Shown in pieces: positions 20,201 to 30,194 of a DNA stretch of 64,000 nucleotides. Source of the DNA: a virus. The position numbers and the translations under genes are program-made. The notes below the pieces were generated by a model. It had not been told where the DNA came from. It made no database searches and saw nothing but the letters and a program-made list of their open reading frames with translations. The number at the start of each line of letters is the position of its first letter. Position 1 is the first letter of the stretch. The stretch is from the IMG/VR virus record IMGVR_UViG_3300008114_000019, positions 4,068 to 68,067 of that record, one strand, 5' to 3'.

Positions 20201-21482
20201 ACTTATTAAGTGTATAACTTGTAACATTGTCACTAATGTCTGCAACTAGTCTAGGAGACAATTCAATTAATTCAAAAACACTATCAAATTTATTCATGGT
20301 AGTTACAACAACTCTTAATCCATCTATGTATTCAAATTGATTATATTTAATATTTTTTTCATTATTGTCAAAATAAGAAAATGGTGAAGATAATTCTGTA
20401 ACTACTGATGCCTTATCTATTTCTTTTTCTAATAGTCTCCATCCATATTCTGCAGCAAAATTATCATATCCTAAACCATTAAATACATACAGAGTTCCTA
20501 TTGTTCCACTATAGGCATCTCTTACTAAAAATGCATCTCCATAACTTCCTGTTTGTGGTAGTTGAGAACTAGACAATAAAATTGTTATAAAGTTAAAGGT
20601 ATCCTTATATTTTAATGGAGCAATAATTCCATATTTTAATTCAATGTGACCGTCAGACTTGATTATTTTACTTCCATCACTTCTTGTAGAGTTTTCATCA
20701 AAGTTAATTAAATCTGTCCAAATATTATTTCTTAACTTTTGTACCTTCCATATTGATGGAGTTGTTTGATTTTCATATCCATAAAATGGATCGTCTATGG
20801 TTCCTGACACTGTAGAAAAAGATCCTAAATCAGTATTTCCTACGTTAGTTTGCATCTTAATAACTATTCTATTAGTTGGTATACTATTTTTATATACTAC
20901 AAATGGTGCAACGTCATCTATATAGTTTTTACCATTTTGTATGTTTTTTGCTATACCTCTCTCAATTCCATCTTCAGTTCTATAAGAACTCCAGTATTTA
21001 AAATAATCTCTTTTATCTGACATATAGTATCTTGGTCTATCTGATAAGTATGAATTTGGATTGTGAAAATATTTATTGTTAAAATATCTTATTTTATTAA
21101 TTCCAGATCTTGGTCTAAATTTACCAAAACAGTCTTCTAAAGAAAATAATTGAGATTCCTTTTCTTTATTTGAAATAAATAGTTGAGGCTCATTAGAATC
21201 GTCAACACCACCATCTACAACAATATCTGCATTGGTTGCATTTGTATAAAAATTTCCAGTATCCTTATAATCATATGAATCAAATATTTGTTTATATTTA
21301 GATAAATTTTCTAATGGCCTATATCTATAATTTCCTATCTTTAATAAATTATCTGAACTATTAAGATTCCATTCTGCCAAAACCAAACCTTTAATACCTA
21401 CTGTGTTTGAGTTTTCAAAAACTTCTTTTACATCTTCTTTTATAAACATTATACTTCTTCCAAAGACAAATTTATATCCCAC
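17190..21482 (-). CDS. Large minor tail / tail-tip hub protein
   Basis: 1430 aa, two genes after the tape measure; C-terminal PIIQLGDLISV hub-like motif. The start is probably MFIKED near 21449. Confidence 0.65.
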   Translation of the reverse strand: MGYKFVFGRSIMFIKEDVKEVFENSNTVGIKGLVLAEWNLNSSDNLLKIGNYRYRPLENLSKYKQIFDSYDYKDTGNFYTNATNADIVVDGGVDDSNEPQLFISNKEKESQLFSLEDCFGKFRPRSGINKIRYFNNKYFHNPNSYLSDRPRYYMSDKRDYFKYWSSYRTEDGIERGIAKNIQNGKNYIDDVAPFVVYKNSIPTNRIVIKMQTNVGNTDLGSFSTVSGTIDDPFYGYENQTTPSIWKVQKLRNNIWTDLINFDENSTRSDGSKIIKSDGHIELKYGIIAPLKYKDTFNFITILLSSSQLPQTGSYGDAFLVRDAYSGTIGTLYVFNGLGYDNFAAEYGWRLLEKEIDKASVVTELSSPFSYFDNNEKNIKYNQFEYIDGLRVVVTTMNKFDSVFELIELSPRLVADISDNVTSYTLNKSISDLNLNGLPVGQLLASGGNLDIIDPSLAFNKNNSLSIISQYLNNNVKFSFYEEVFTGTNDYNYIPLKKFYSDNIPQTDIKNGKTSIELRDLYFYLEQINAPSLFLTNVSVNFAISILLDYAGFSNYKFKKVDNEKELIIPFFFCNEEKNIAQVLNDLAVSSQSAMYFNEENDLVVMSKNYTVPKINDRSVDMIVYGSNNNLVNKKENIISASLVDTKVLNSGKINYTTRYIQKTLGSIKQATLLDKEKTWVYKPTLLWEVSGKNNTKTVNESASTMSSYILSAIPLASPLIDVAPLVENNILINNTIDLGENVYWLGNYNGYFYSNGEVIRYDAVEYNVSGFGNTWITSVQDYENYFSQLPFNGKMYPTGLVRIYTELEYIEKNGVKVLKSGAVIKNGRAQFGTEITNHYSGLDPYWTNNNNVRGCNMYSEYLFSDKDLDKTVVVGPAGINNNIAKQTTRTSKIKNFLSGSYVSEYDDKNSINNKSGSVQSSALVMTGPAFAFEQKPIDYINYVYKPLNNKFKHFGTRLRIIGNIENNEIRGQSPVGSMTYYVSPGSEPSQNISIGGGSGGLGVMVNPSTNVGYYFEIIALTENNIDKYSNGSSIANLLFYKIGKDSEGTLGVPVKLWSGSTNILVDDGNFTGQYRMTGEENSTVYDIAVEYLDINQTRKFYLYINNNIVAIVDDTNPLPIYNNMCVFTRGTSKVMFENIFALGSNYSKNMTESLDVPFNKIFDNQEITSNEAFRKHALSSVVQSTHLSGISPAEPPSYNFYFDEFGSIMRECAYFNIKFDKAYPALYSRISPTFNQIKGYTVSGFVPDAYGAEFLIFNATDTALSLDETSGNYLRIQGVAFTQSTNNTLTVEDYYKENSNNIKTQYLDDATIQSNVKLKNKYNKLKNSKSKYGTKEFTIDVPYVQSHDEAESLLGWIIDKTIDPKNAISLDIFATPIIQLGDLISVYYKDINGENVIAAEDKRFVVYNITYSRSSNGPTMKIYCYEVSDE

Positions 21483-22081
21483 AAGTCATGCTTGCTATAT
21501 CCTCTTTTATTTACACTATATGAAAAATCTGAAAATAATACCTCTACAACTTCTTGATATTCAGCAAGTCTGTTTACTGTATTATCCTCCTCATCAAAAC
21601 TAATATATTTATCATATGAGATAAATAGATAAAAAGAACCTTTATGATTTAAATACCAGTGTAATAACTCATTTCCTCCTGCTCCACCGTCTACTGTATA
21701 TTTATCTAATCCATTTTCTTCTTTGCCAGTTTCTTTATCAAAATTTGCAATACTAGAAAAAGATCTAGATGGTAAGTTTTGCCAACTTACAGAAAAAGTA
21801 CTTTTATCTGCAATATAAAATGATCTCATTTTCCCATTAATAGTTCTTTCTTTTTGTTCAATTCTATTGTTTTTAATATCTATTGGACCACGGTTATGAT
21901 CTGATAATATTATAAATCTACTATTTTCAATAGGATCTGGCACGGCATTTACTTCATGTCCATCTGGAACATGAACCATTCCACCTGTGCCTTGCACAAG
22001 AGTTCCAGGGGTATCTGAAAATAGTAGTGCCTGTGGTCTACCGTATTTTTTTCTACCAGCAAGATAATTTAAATTTGACAT
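21449..22081 (-). CDS. Putative distal tail protein
   Basis: Immediately follows the tape measure; ends WDINLSLEEV. Confidence 0.55.
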   Translation of the reverse strand: MSNLNYLAGRKKYGRPQALLFSDTPGTLVQGTGGMVHVPDGHEVNAVPDPIENSRFIILSDHNRGPIDIKNNRIEQKERTINGKMRSFYIADKSTFSVSWQNLPSRSFSSIANFDKETGKEENGLDKYTVDGGAGGNELLHWYLNHKGSFYLFISYDKYISFDEEDNTVNRLAEYQEVVEVLFSDFSYSVNKRGYSKHDLWDINLSLEEV

Positions 22082-25000
22082 TATATTCTATTCCCTTTGA
22101 TTCTTTGAGAATCTATTTGTTTAATCTGCATCATTACTGTTCTAGCAATTTCGTTAGGATTTGCATCAGACTTAACATTAACACTCAAGTTATAATTATA
22201 CACTGAAGATGATCCAGGGTTTTCACCTTTATTAATTGCTCTTAAGTTATCTACCCCGAATTTATCTACACCATATTTACTTACAATAAATTCACCAGGA
22301 GTTAGCATTGCTGGCACGGTATCTGTACCAACTGCAAAACCACCAGAAGCAAATTTTTGAATCATTCCACCCATAGATTTTTTGTTTAAATATTTAACTG
22401 GAATATAACTTGAGGTTCCACTGCCATAAATATTTGACAAAGTTGCGGTAGTTGTTTTATATTGAGTAGACCCCATTACTCCTGGTACAGCCATAGATAA
22501 TGGTTTATATTTATTTGATGATAAGAATGATGTGCTTGGTTTATTACCACTAGATGATGAAGATGGTTTTTTACCATCAGGTTTTTTGCCATCAGATTTT
22601 GTATCATCTGCAGTAGTTGTAGTTGGTGGTGGCTCAGTACTAAAACCACTAAATGTCATTGTTGATAATGTTTTCATGGTTTCAAGAATTTGATCATAAG
22701 TAGTCTTTATTTGTCCTACTACACCAAGTGCTCCATTCAATGCATCCTTATATTTGCCTGCTGCTGCTTCAGCACCTTCAATTCTAAGTTTTTGTTCTTC
22801 CCACTCAGTTTTAGTCATATTGGCAACTTTAAATACTTCTGTGACCGCTTTAATTTCTTCATTAATAAGATCAACTTTAACTTGTGCCAATCTTGCTTGT
22901 TCTTGTAATGGTGCAATAGTATCTTGTTCAATTCTATAATTTTGCTCTTTTAATAGTTTTACCTTTTCTTCTAGTTGATCTCTAGTTAACCCATTAGCAG
23001 TTAGTGCATTTATTTGTGCATCTCTTGCTGCTTCCATTCCATTTCTTTGTTGATCAATTGCATCTTGAGCATTTTGAGCACGAAGTTCTTGTGCTGCTCT
23101 GGCTGCAGCGTATATATCTCCTTGAGATAATGCCTCAGCAAGTGATATTCTACTTTTTTCTTGTCTAGATATTACTTCATTAATTTTAGAAATCTTATCA
23201 AGGGCTGCAAATTGTTTATCATATTTTTCTGTAATTGCCTCTGCTTGGTCAGTAATACTCTTTAGTCCATCCTCATATCTAGCAATTTGATAACTATTAG
23301 CATCTTGAATATTTCTTGCTAACTTAATTTGTTTATTGCTATTATCAATAATTAGTTGTTGTGCATCAAGTTCGCCTTTTCTTTTTTGTCTAATAATTTT
23401 TTCTTGTATATCAAATAACTTCATTGCTGCGTCATATCCAGGATCAAACTGACTTGAATATTGTTTTGATGCTATTGCTAAATCAAAAGTTTCTTTAACA
23501 CTTAGTTGTCTTTCTTTAACTAACTTTAGAACATCTGCTCCTTTTGCTTGTGCTACTGCTGCAGCAAATGCACTATCTTTTATTGCATCGTAAGCATTAG
23601 AAAGAGACATTCCAGACTTAGTTAATACATTAAATGCAATTGCTTGATTTCTACTATCTGCAACACTCTTTCTTTGACTTTCTATATAATCACCAATAGC
23701 AATGTTATTAAGAGATGTTTGTAAAACCTTTACATCTTTAAACATTGATTTATATTTATCATAATCATCTGGTGATAGACCTGTGACAAAATCTATAACA
23801 TTTTGATTTGCACCCTGTCCTCTAAGTCTTTGTGCCAAACCACCAAACCCTAATGTCTCTTTAGCAAGTTTCCTTAAGGCACTTCCAGATGCTTCCCAAC
23901 CAACTGTAAGTTCTTGTGTAGCCTTTCTTACATCTCTTAGTTTCTTTACTATTTCGTCTAATGGTGATCCTGTTGGTCCCCCGCCAGCATTGGCGTCATC
24001 TTCTGCATCTGGAGCAGCAGATGTGTCTGGCATCTTTGCCTCTGTTACTTTATATGCACCATAGCCAATAAAATCATTAATTGTTTTTCCTGCATTACCC
24101 GCCTGTAATGCCCAATTCTTATAAGCCTTAATAAAACCAGGGTCTCCCTTAAGATTTAACAATGCTGTTGAAGCGGCTAAGAAGTTTCTTCTTTGATCTT
24201 CTGGCATCATTTGCCAATCTTGACCTCTTGCTACAAGTTCGTCAAGTGCTTCTTGTCCAACTGTTTTTACTGCAAATTCTAACGTTAAATCTTTAGCACT
24301 AGTATTATTTATTTCTTCTAACATCTTAGAAATTTTTGCAGATGCACCAGAACTTTGTGCGTAGTCTAACAATATTGGAACATCTATTCCTTCACCAATT
24401 TGAGAAAGTTGACTAATAGCATTAAAAGCCTCTAGTTCTTTTCTTGATTCTTCTGGAGTTTTTGATTCAAAACTATATATAAATTCTAATGCTTTATCTG
24501 AACTTGCAAACTGATCTGCTAACGCATAAATTAAGTTTGCATCTTTACCGCCAACTTTTGGCATTATATTTAAAATTTTATCTATATCTTCTTGACTTGT
24601 AAATTTATTTAAAATATTGGCTACTGTTGATGGGTCTAAATCTTGAGATGCCATACTTAATACTAAGTTTATTTTTGTTGCATCTGATAACTTAGATTTG
24701 CTTATTTTGGTTTCTGCTTCTGTTGCTAATGCTGATAAAATAGGACTATCTTTATAGGCTTGTTTTAATGATTCTTTTGCTGCATCTGATATTTCTTTTA
24801 ATGCGTTAGCATCTGCACCACTTAGAGTTTTTTGCAAAACATCATAATTTTGTTTGCTTTGATCTAACAATGCTGCTTTCTTTTTTTCTCTTTCTAATAT
24901 TAACTCATTAACTCTATTAAGATCTCCAGCAATTTTGGCGGCTTCTATTTTTTTACTATATTCAACTTCTGTTACGTCTAACATTTGTTGTTGAGTTTCT

Positions 25001-28000
25001 AACAAAACTTTCATTCTTGCAAAAACAGTTGCACCACTTTCATTAAAGTTTCCTCCACCTGCTATTGCACGCTGTACTTCAGTGGCTTTTTGAGCATATG
25101 TTAATGAAGTAAAATCAGTAATTCTAGGCTTAGTTGCACCAAGAAGTCTATTTCTTTGATCTTCAATAAGTTTAGTTTGAATTGTTATTCCGTCTTTTAA
25201 TACATTCTCTCCATCTGGACCCAACATGCTAATAAGTTTTGTATTAACAGCAATAGAGAAATCATAATCTTGTATTGCATCTCCAATATTTGCTGCAATG
25301 CTACGTGCTTGTTTATAGTTTAATGCTCCAGATACAACTGATCCAATAAGTTGGTTTGATAAATCTTCTATTGCACTTTCTTTGCCAAACTTAGAAATTG
25401 ATTTTTGAATAGATTCAACTCTTGCTTTTCCTTCATCAGAAGCAACAAAACTTTCACCAAATGTGGTTTTACCTGTTTTTATTTGGAAAGGAGATGAGAA
25501 GTTTGCACGTCTTCTATTCATAATTTCAGTTGCTGTTACAGTACCAGCAAATTTAGAAAATTCTTGCATAGGTTTTGTACCTGTACCCATGGCATCAATT
25601 AGGTTTAGGGTAGCCTTCATTTCATCTTTCTTTGCTTTATTTAATTTAAATATACCAAAAGCAAGTAATCCTATTAACGATACAACTGCTGCCAGTGGAG
25701 CAGACATCATTCCAAACAACATTGATACCATCATAATTGGCATCATTAATTGTTGTGCAGTATCTCCAACTTTTCCACCCATCATAGATGCAGCCATAAC
25801 TCCAGTAGTTGCTGCCATACCAATCATTCCAGCACCTGGTCCTCTTGCACCACCTGCAACTCTACCCTTGCCTCCACCTGTACCACTAACCATCATTTGA
25901 TTTTGTTTTGCTAATTTTTCTTGTTGTCTTCTAATTGATTTATCTGTTGCTGTAACACCAGTTGACTTTCCATATAGTACATTTGATGATTGCGATGCAA
26001 GGCCTGCTGCACCTGCTGCACCAAGTTGTTTACCAGCAACATTAAAGTCATCAACATACTCTTTCATTCCTATAAGTCCACCTTGAGCAAATTGTTGACC
26101 AACTATCATTGGTTCTTTTGCTGGAGAAGCAATACCTGCTCCCTTTTTAACTCCATCTACAACATTTTTTGTAACTGCTTTTGTAATTTTTACTCCCATA
26201 TCACCCAAATATGGTTTAGTCATTTCTACTAATCTTGTAACCGTTGCTGTTATGGACTTTGTAATATGGGACATTGTAGCAACTTCCCATTGTTTTGTTG
26301 TTGGATTTAATGTTTGAAAAGATTTTTTAGTCTTTCCGCTAGAACTCATTCTTTCACTTTGAGTAAACATACTTGGTCTTTGAGTTAATGCAAATTGTTG
26401 TGCTTGTTGTCTAACTCCTCTATAAGAACCTGAAAGGTTTGTTCTTCCTTGTCCACCCATTCTTCCAGATTGAGTTCCAACTGCACCCACAGTTCTAATT
26501 TCTGCAACTGCTGCATCAAAAGCAGCACCAACTGCTTTACCTTCTATACTAATTGCTTGAGCAGTTCTTCTCATTGCTGGAACAACTATTCTTTCTAAGT
26601 CCTCATCTTTAACAAACTGCATACCAGATTTTTCTAATGCAGTTGTTGCATTTATAATTAATTGTCCACCAAGAGCAGCCCACTGACTTTTAACTGCAGG
26701 ATCATTTAATTTCATTCCCATTGATTTGGCCATTACTGCCATTAATGGTGCTGCTGCTGCACTTCCTGCATTTTTAAAATATGAAACAATATCTGCTGTA
26801 GGAGCACCAACTTTTCCTCCAGCAAGAGTGTTTAAACTTTCTGGTAAAAATACAGTAGCATTTTTGTATCCTTTACCAAGTGGATCCAAACCTGCCTGAT
26901 AACCTTTTATTGTTCCATTTACTAATGCACTTACTAATGCTGGATTTGCTTTTGCATTTGCTGCTGGAACAACTGCTTCTCCTGGAGAAAGCATTGCTGG
27001 AACTTTATCTCCAGTACCAGTACCTGGAACACTTACTATGCCTTTTGCATAACCCTTTGGCTGTTGAGCGGTTCCACCTCTACCTCTAACAGCACCTAAA
27101 CCAAACATGCTTTGTGTTGCTATTGCCTGTTGATATGCTGTTGATAAATTTCTAACTGCTGTTGCTTCTGATGTAAATCTTTGTGTTAGTTTCATATGTG
27201 CTTGATCTAATGAAGATGCAACCGCTGAAGCCTGCAACTGTTGTTGTGTTAAATAGTTAGTTTGTTCACCCAAATACTGAGTAGAACTTCCAGTTTTATT
27301 AAACAATGATTTTACTGCTGTAAAGCCCTTAATTATGTTTGCAATACCGTTAGCCAATAAACCAAATGACATTAACGCAAGTGGTCCTACTCCTGCTAGT
27401 ACTGCCGTTAATAAAACAATTACCTTTTTTGTGCCGTCCCCAAAATCATTAAATTTTTCAAAAACATTACCAAAAAACTTAACAATTGGAGTCAAGGCCT
27501 TTAAAAATTCTGCACCTACAGGAGCAATTGCTGTTTTAAGATCTTGAATTTCTTTTTTAAATTTATACATAGGAGATTCTTCAACCTTTTTTAATTCTCG
27601 TTCAGACAATATAGCAAGTTCTTCTGTAGTTGCCTGTGTCAATTTAGCAACTGTTTGAGCCTGGCTTCCTTCTTTAATAACATTTTGAAACAATGTAGAA
27701 ATACGAGCAAACTGAAACTTACCAAACAGTTGTTCAATTGCTCTAGCACGATTTAGTGGATCTAGTTGATCAAATGCCTTAGCCATACCAATAACAAGAT
27801 TTCTTACATCGCCTTGATTTGCTTCAACAATTCCTTTAATATTTATACCCATTGTGCCAAGTACTTTGGCTGCTTTTTCAGTTGGGTTAATCATAGATGC
27901 AAGACCAGATTTAAGAGCGTTAGCACCTTCTCCAGCCTGAATACCACCTTCACGCATTGCTGTCATAAAGAATGCTAAGTCTTGAACATCTCCACCAAGT

Positions 28001-29049
28001 TGTTTAATTACTGGTGCTGCTTTAGGAATTGCAGTTGTTAAATCATCAATATTTAAAATTGTTTGGTTTTCTACGGCGTTTAAAAAGTTAATATCTTCTG
28101 ATAATTGTATAGTTTCTCGTCCAAATGCAGATGTTAAAGAAATAATAGTATCAAGAGACTTTTGTTGATCGATTCCACCAAGTACGGCTAACTTATTTGC
28201 TTGGCTTACTTGCTCTAACAAATCTGTTCCCATTTTACCTGTTGCTGCAACATCTGCAGCCATCTTCATAGTATCTGCTACTGCTACTCCATATTTGGTA
28301 AACTCATTGGCAAGTGCTTGAACATCTTTCAATGCTTTTGCTGTTTCTGTATTTGTTGTAAAGAGATCACCATAAACACGTTTAAATCTAATCGCTTGCT
28401 CTTCTAATTCCATAAATGTTTTTGATGCAATTGTTCCAAAAGATATTAATGGAATTGTAAAACCAACCATAAGTTGACGGCCAGCCCATTGTGTATTTTT
28501 ACCAAAGTTTAATAAGTTTGTAGAACCCTGTCTAAGCAGTTGATTTAATATTGCTTGTTTTTGAGCAGCCATTGCTACTTTAGTGCCATAATCATTCATG
28601 TCCAAAGTTAATGGACGAATTGACATTGCTTTAAGAGCACCACTTGCATCTCTGCCCATTTTAATATATTGAGTTTGTAATGTTTTTACATTTTCTCTTG
28701 CAACTTTATTAATAGTGTCAAACTCAGATTTAAATAACTTTCCAAAAGTTCTTGTAGATGCACCAGTATATCTAAAGTACTCTCTCATTGAGAGTTGATT
28801 TTTTTCTAATGCTGTATTAAATGCATCAGTTGTTGTTTTTATTTTTTTCATTTCGGCATAGAATTTGCCGCCAGCATTTATTTGATTTACTAGATTTTGA
28901 GAAAGATTGTTAGATACTGCAACACCTGCAGCACCTGTTTTTGCCATTGAGGTGTGAAAGGCTGATATCTGGCGTTGTAACGCTTTTAACTGCGTTAACG
29001 CTTCACCAGTGTCAATACCAATTTTTATCTTGGATTCTACATCAGCCAT
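22081..29049 (-). CDS. Tail tape measure protein
   Basis: 2322 aa, Ala-rich helical with hydrophobic segments; TP901-like core (AGEGANALKS); follows the tail chaperones. Confidence 0.92.
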   Translation of the reverse strand: MADVESKIKIGIDTGEALTQLKALQRQISAFHTSMAKTGAAGVAVSNNLSQNLVNQINAGGKFYAEMKKIKTTTDAFNTALEKNQLSMREYFRYTGASTRTFGKLFKSEFDTINKVARENVKTLQTQYIKMGRDASGALKAMSIRPLTLDMNDYGTKVAMAAQKQAILNQLLRQGSTNLLNFGKNTQWAGRQLMVGFTIPLISFGTIASKTFMELEEQAIRFKRVYGDLFTTNTETAKALKDVQALANEFTKYGVAVADTMKMAADVAATGKMGTDLLEQVSQANKLAVLGGIDQQKSLDTIISLTSAFGRETIQLSEDINFLNAVENQTILNIDDLTTAIPKAAPVIKQLGGDVQDLAFFMTAMREGGIQAGEGANALKSGLASMINPTEKAAKVLGTMGINIKGIVEANQGDVRNLVIGMAKAFDQLDPLNRARAIEQLFGKFQFARISTLFQNVIKEGSQAQTVAKLTQATTEELAILSERELKKVEESPMYKFKKEIQDLKTAIAPVGAEFLKALTPIVKFFGNVFEKFNDFGDGTKKVIVLLTAVLAGVGPLALMSFGLLANGIANIIKGFTAVKSLFNKTGSSTQYLGEQTNYLTQQQLQASAVASSLDQAHMKLTQRFTSEATAVRNLSTAYQQAIATQSMFGLGAVRGRGGTAQQPKGYAKGIVSVPGTGTGDKVPAMLSPGEAVVPAANAKANPALVSALVNGTIKGYQAGLDPLGKGYKNATVFLPESLNTLAGGKVGAPTADIVSYFKNAGSAAAAPLMAVMAKSMGMKLNDPAVKSQWAALGGQLIINATTALEKSGMQFVKDEDLERIVVPAMRRTAQAISIEGKAVGAAFDAAVAEIRTVGAVGTQSGRMGGQGRTNLSGSYRGVRQQAQQFALTQRPSMFTQSERMSSSGKTKKSFQTLNPTTKQWEVATMSHITKSITATVTRLVEMTKPYLGDMGVKITKAVTKNVVDGVKKGAGIASPAKEPMIVGQQFAQGGLIGMKEYVDDFNVAGKQLGAAGAAGLASQSSNVLYGKSTGVTATDKSIRRQQEKLAKQNQMMVSGTGGGKGRVAGGARGPGAGMIGMAATTGVMAASMMGGKVGDTAQQLMMPIMMVSMLFGMMSAPLAAVVSLIGLLAFGIFKLNKAKKDEMKATLNLIDAMGTGTKPMQEFSKFAGTVTATEIMNRRRANFSSPFQIKTGKTTFGESFVASDEGKARVESIQKSISKFGKESAIEDLSNQLIGSVVSGALNYKQARSIAANIGDAIQDYDFSIAVNTKLISMLGPDGENVLKDGITIQTKLIEDQRNRLLGATKPRITDFTSLTYAQKATEVQRAIAGGGNFNESGATVFARMKVLLETQQQMLDVTEVEYSKKIEAAKIAGDLNRVNELILEREKKKAALLDQSKQNYDVLQKTLSGADANALKEISDAAKESLKQAYKDSPILSALATEAETKISKSKLSDATKINLVLSMASQDLDPSTVANILNKFTSQEDIDKILNIMPKVGGKDANLIYALADQFASSDKALEFIYSFESKTPEESRKELEAFNAISQLSQIGEGIDVPILLDYAQSSGASAKISKMLEEINNTSAKDLTLEFAVKTVGQEALDELVARGQDWQMMPEDQRRNFLAASTALLNLKGDPGFIKAYKNWALQAGNAGKTINDFIGYGAYKVTEAKMPDTSAAPDAEDDANAGGGPTGSPLDEIVKKLRDVRKATQELTVGWEASGSALRKLAKETLGFGGLAQRLRGQGANQNVIDFVTGLSPDDYDKYKSMFKDVKVLQTSLNNIAIGDYIESQRKSVADSRNQAIAFNVLTKSGMSLSNAYDAIKDSAFAAAVAQAKGADVLKLVKERQLSVKETFDLAIASKQYSSQFDPGYDAAMKLFDIQEKIIRQKRKGELDAQQLIIDNSNKQIKLARNIQDANSYQIARYEDGLKSITDQAEAITEKYDKQFAALDKISKINEVISRQEKSRISLAEALSQGDIYAAARAAQELRAQNAQDAIDQQRNGMEAARDAQINALTANGLTRDQLEEKVKLLKEQNYRIEQDTIAPLQEQARLAQVKVDLINEEIKAVTEVFKVANMTKTEWEEQKLRIEGAEAAAGKYKDALNGALGVVGQIKTTYDQILETMKTLSTMTFSGFSTEPPPTTTTADDTKSDGKKPDGKKPSSSSSGNKPSTSFLSSNKYKPLSMAVPGVMGSTQYKTTTATLSNIYGSGTSSYIPVKYLNKKSMGGMIQKFASGGFAVGTDTVPAMLTPGEFIVSKYGVDKFGVDNLRAINKGENPGSSSVYNYNLSVNVKSDANPNEIARTVMMQIKQIDSQRIKGNRI

Positions 29050-29073
29050 TCATTAGTACCTCTTATTTAGTTT

Positions 29074-29394
29074 TTATGGTAAATTATTAAGAAGTGCTGC
29101 ATCTGCTAATTTAACTCCAGATGCTTCTTCAATAATCTTATATACCGTTGGAAGATCCATATTTTCTTCTAACGCTGCCAAATCTTCTGAAAGTTCTGGC
29201 TTATATTGTCTCATTGCAATTTGAATACATTCCATTAAAATATTCATTGATTTTTCATTATCTTCTGCGACCGCTGCTACACCTTCAAATTTCTTCATGA
29301 AAGGACGTAGGAGAGAAATTTTCAGTGGTCTTACTTTGATTTTTGTGCCGTCAATAAGCGTAACTGTTTTTTCTTCGTTAACAGTAGTTGCCAT
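29074..29394 (-). CDS. Tail assembly chaperone, short paralog
   Basis: Lies between major tail and tape measure; homologous to the N-half of 29446..30129. Confidence 0.7.
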   Translation of the reverse strand: MATTVNEEKTVTLIDGTKIKVRPLKISLLRPFMKKFEGVAAVAEDNEKSMNILMECIQIAMRQYKPELSEDLAALEENMDLPTVYKIIEEASGVKLADAALLNNLP

Positions 29395-29445
29395 TTTTCC
29401 TCCTTATAAGGTTAAATCTAATTATATCACAGGAGGACCTATATT

Positions 29446-30129
29446 TTAACCAACAACCTCTTCATAACCTAAGCCATGACCAATACCAAACCCTGCTTTC
29501 TTTGCTTTTGCTCCACGAAGGTTTGTAATATCACTTGCATCTTTTCCTTTATATAATACTCTTTTTTTCATTTCTTCCCAAGCATTATCATTTTTATCTT
29601 TATCGATATCTACCCCCTGCATTGCCGCTGCAAATTTTTTATCACCATAATCTAATTCTCTCTTTACTTCTAATATAGATATTAACTCTGGCATAGAAAT
29701 AGATCTTTCTAACTCTTCATAGTTTTTCCAAGCACCTATTAAAAAAGCCTCAGATTCTAATTTTACAAGATCTAGGTCTTGCCAACTTGATCCATCACTT
29801 TGAGACTTTGCTTGATTTTCAACAGTTTCTTCTTGATCACTATTTATTTTTATTCCAGCACAGTACTCTAAAACCTTATACACTGTTTTTATATCTAAAT
29901 TATCTTCTATTGATTCTATTGAATCAGAAATAGATGGATAAAATTCTTGCATTGCAATTCTGACAGACTCAACCATTATTTCTATAGCCTCATCCTCTGT
30001 GCTATCTTTATTTATTTTATTAAAACTATCTAATATGCCACGTAAATATTTTATTTTAGATGGACCAACTGTTATTTTTGTACCGTCTATTAATTCAATA
30101 ATATTTTCTTCATAAACTTTATTAGCCAT
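29446..30129 (-). CDS. Tail assembly chaperone, long paralog
   Basis: Same N-terminal domain plus a C-terminal extension (WKNYEELERSISMPEL). Confidence 0.7.
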   Translation of the reverse strand: MANKVYEENIIELIDGTKITVGPSKIKYLRGILDSFNKINKDSTEDEAIEIMVESVRIAMQEFYPSISDSIESIEDNLDIKTVYKVLEYCAGIKINSDQEETVENQAKSQSDGSSWQDLDLVKLESEAFLIGAWKNYEELERSISMPELISILEVKRELDYGDKKFAAAMQGVDIDKDKNDNAWEEMKKRVLYKGKDASDITNLRGAKAKKAGFGIGHGLGYEEVVG

Positions 30130-30147
30130 TAAATCATTATATCAAAT

Positions 30148-30175
30148 AGAAAAGCCCACCGTTTTGGGGTGGGCT
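30148..30175 (-). terminator. Intrinsic terminator after major tail gene
   Basis: Minus strand AGCCCACC-ccaaaac-GGTGGGCT followed by TTTCT. Confidence 0.8.
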
Positions 30176-30194
30176 AATCTTGTAAAATTACTTA

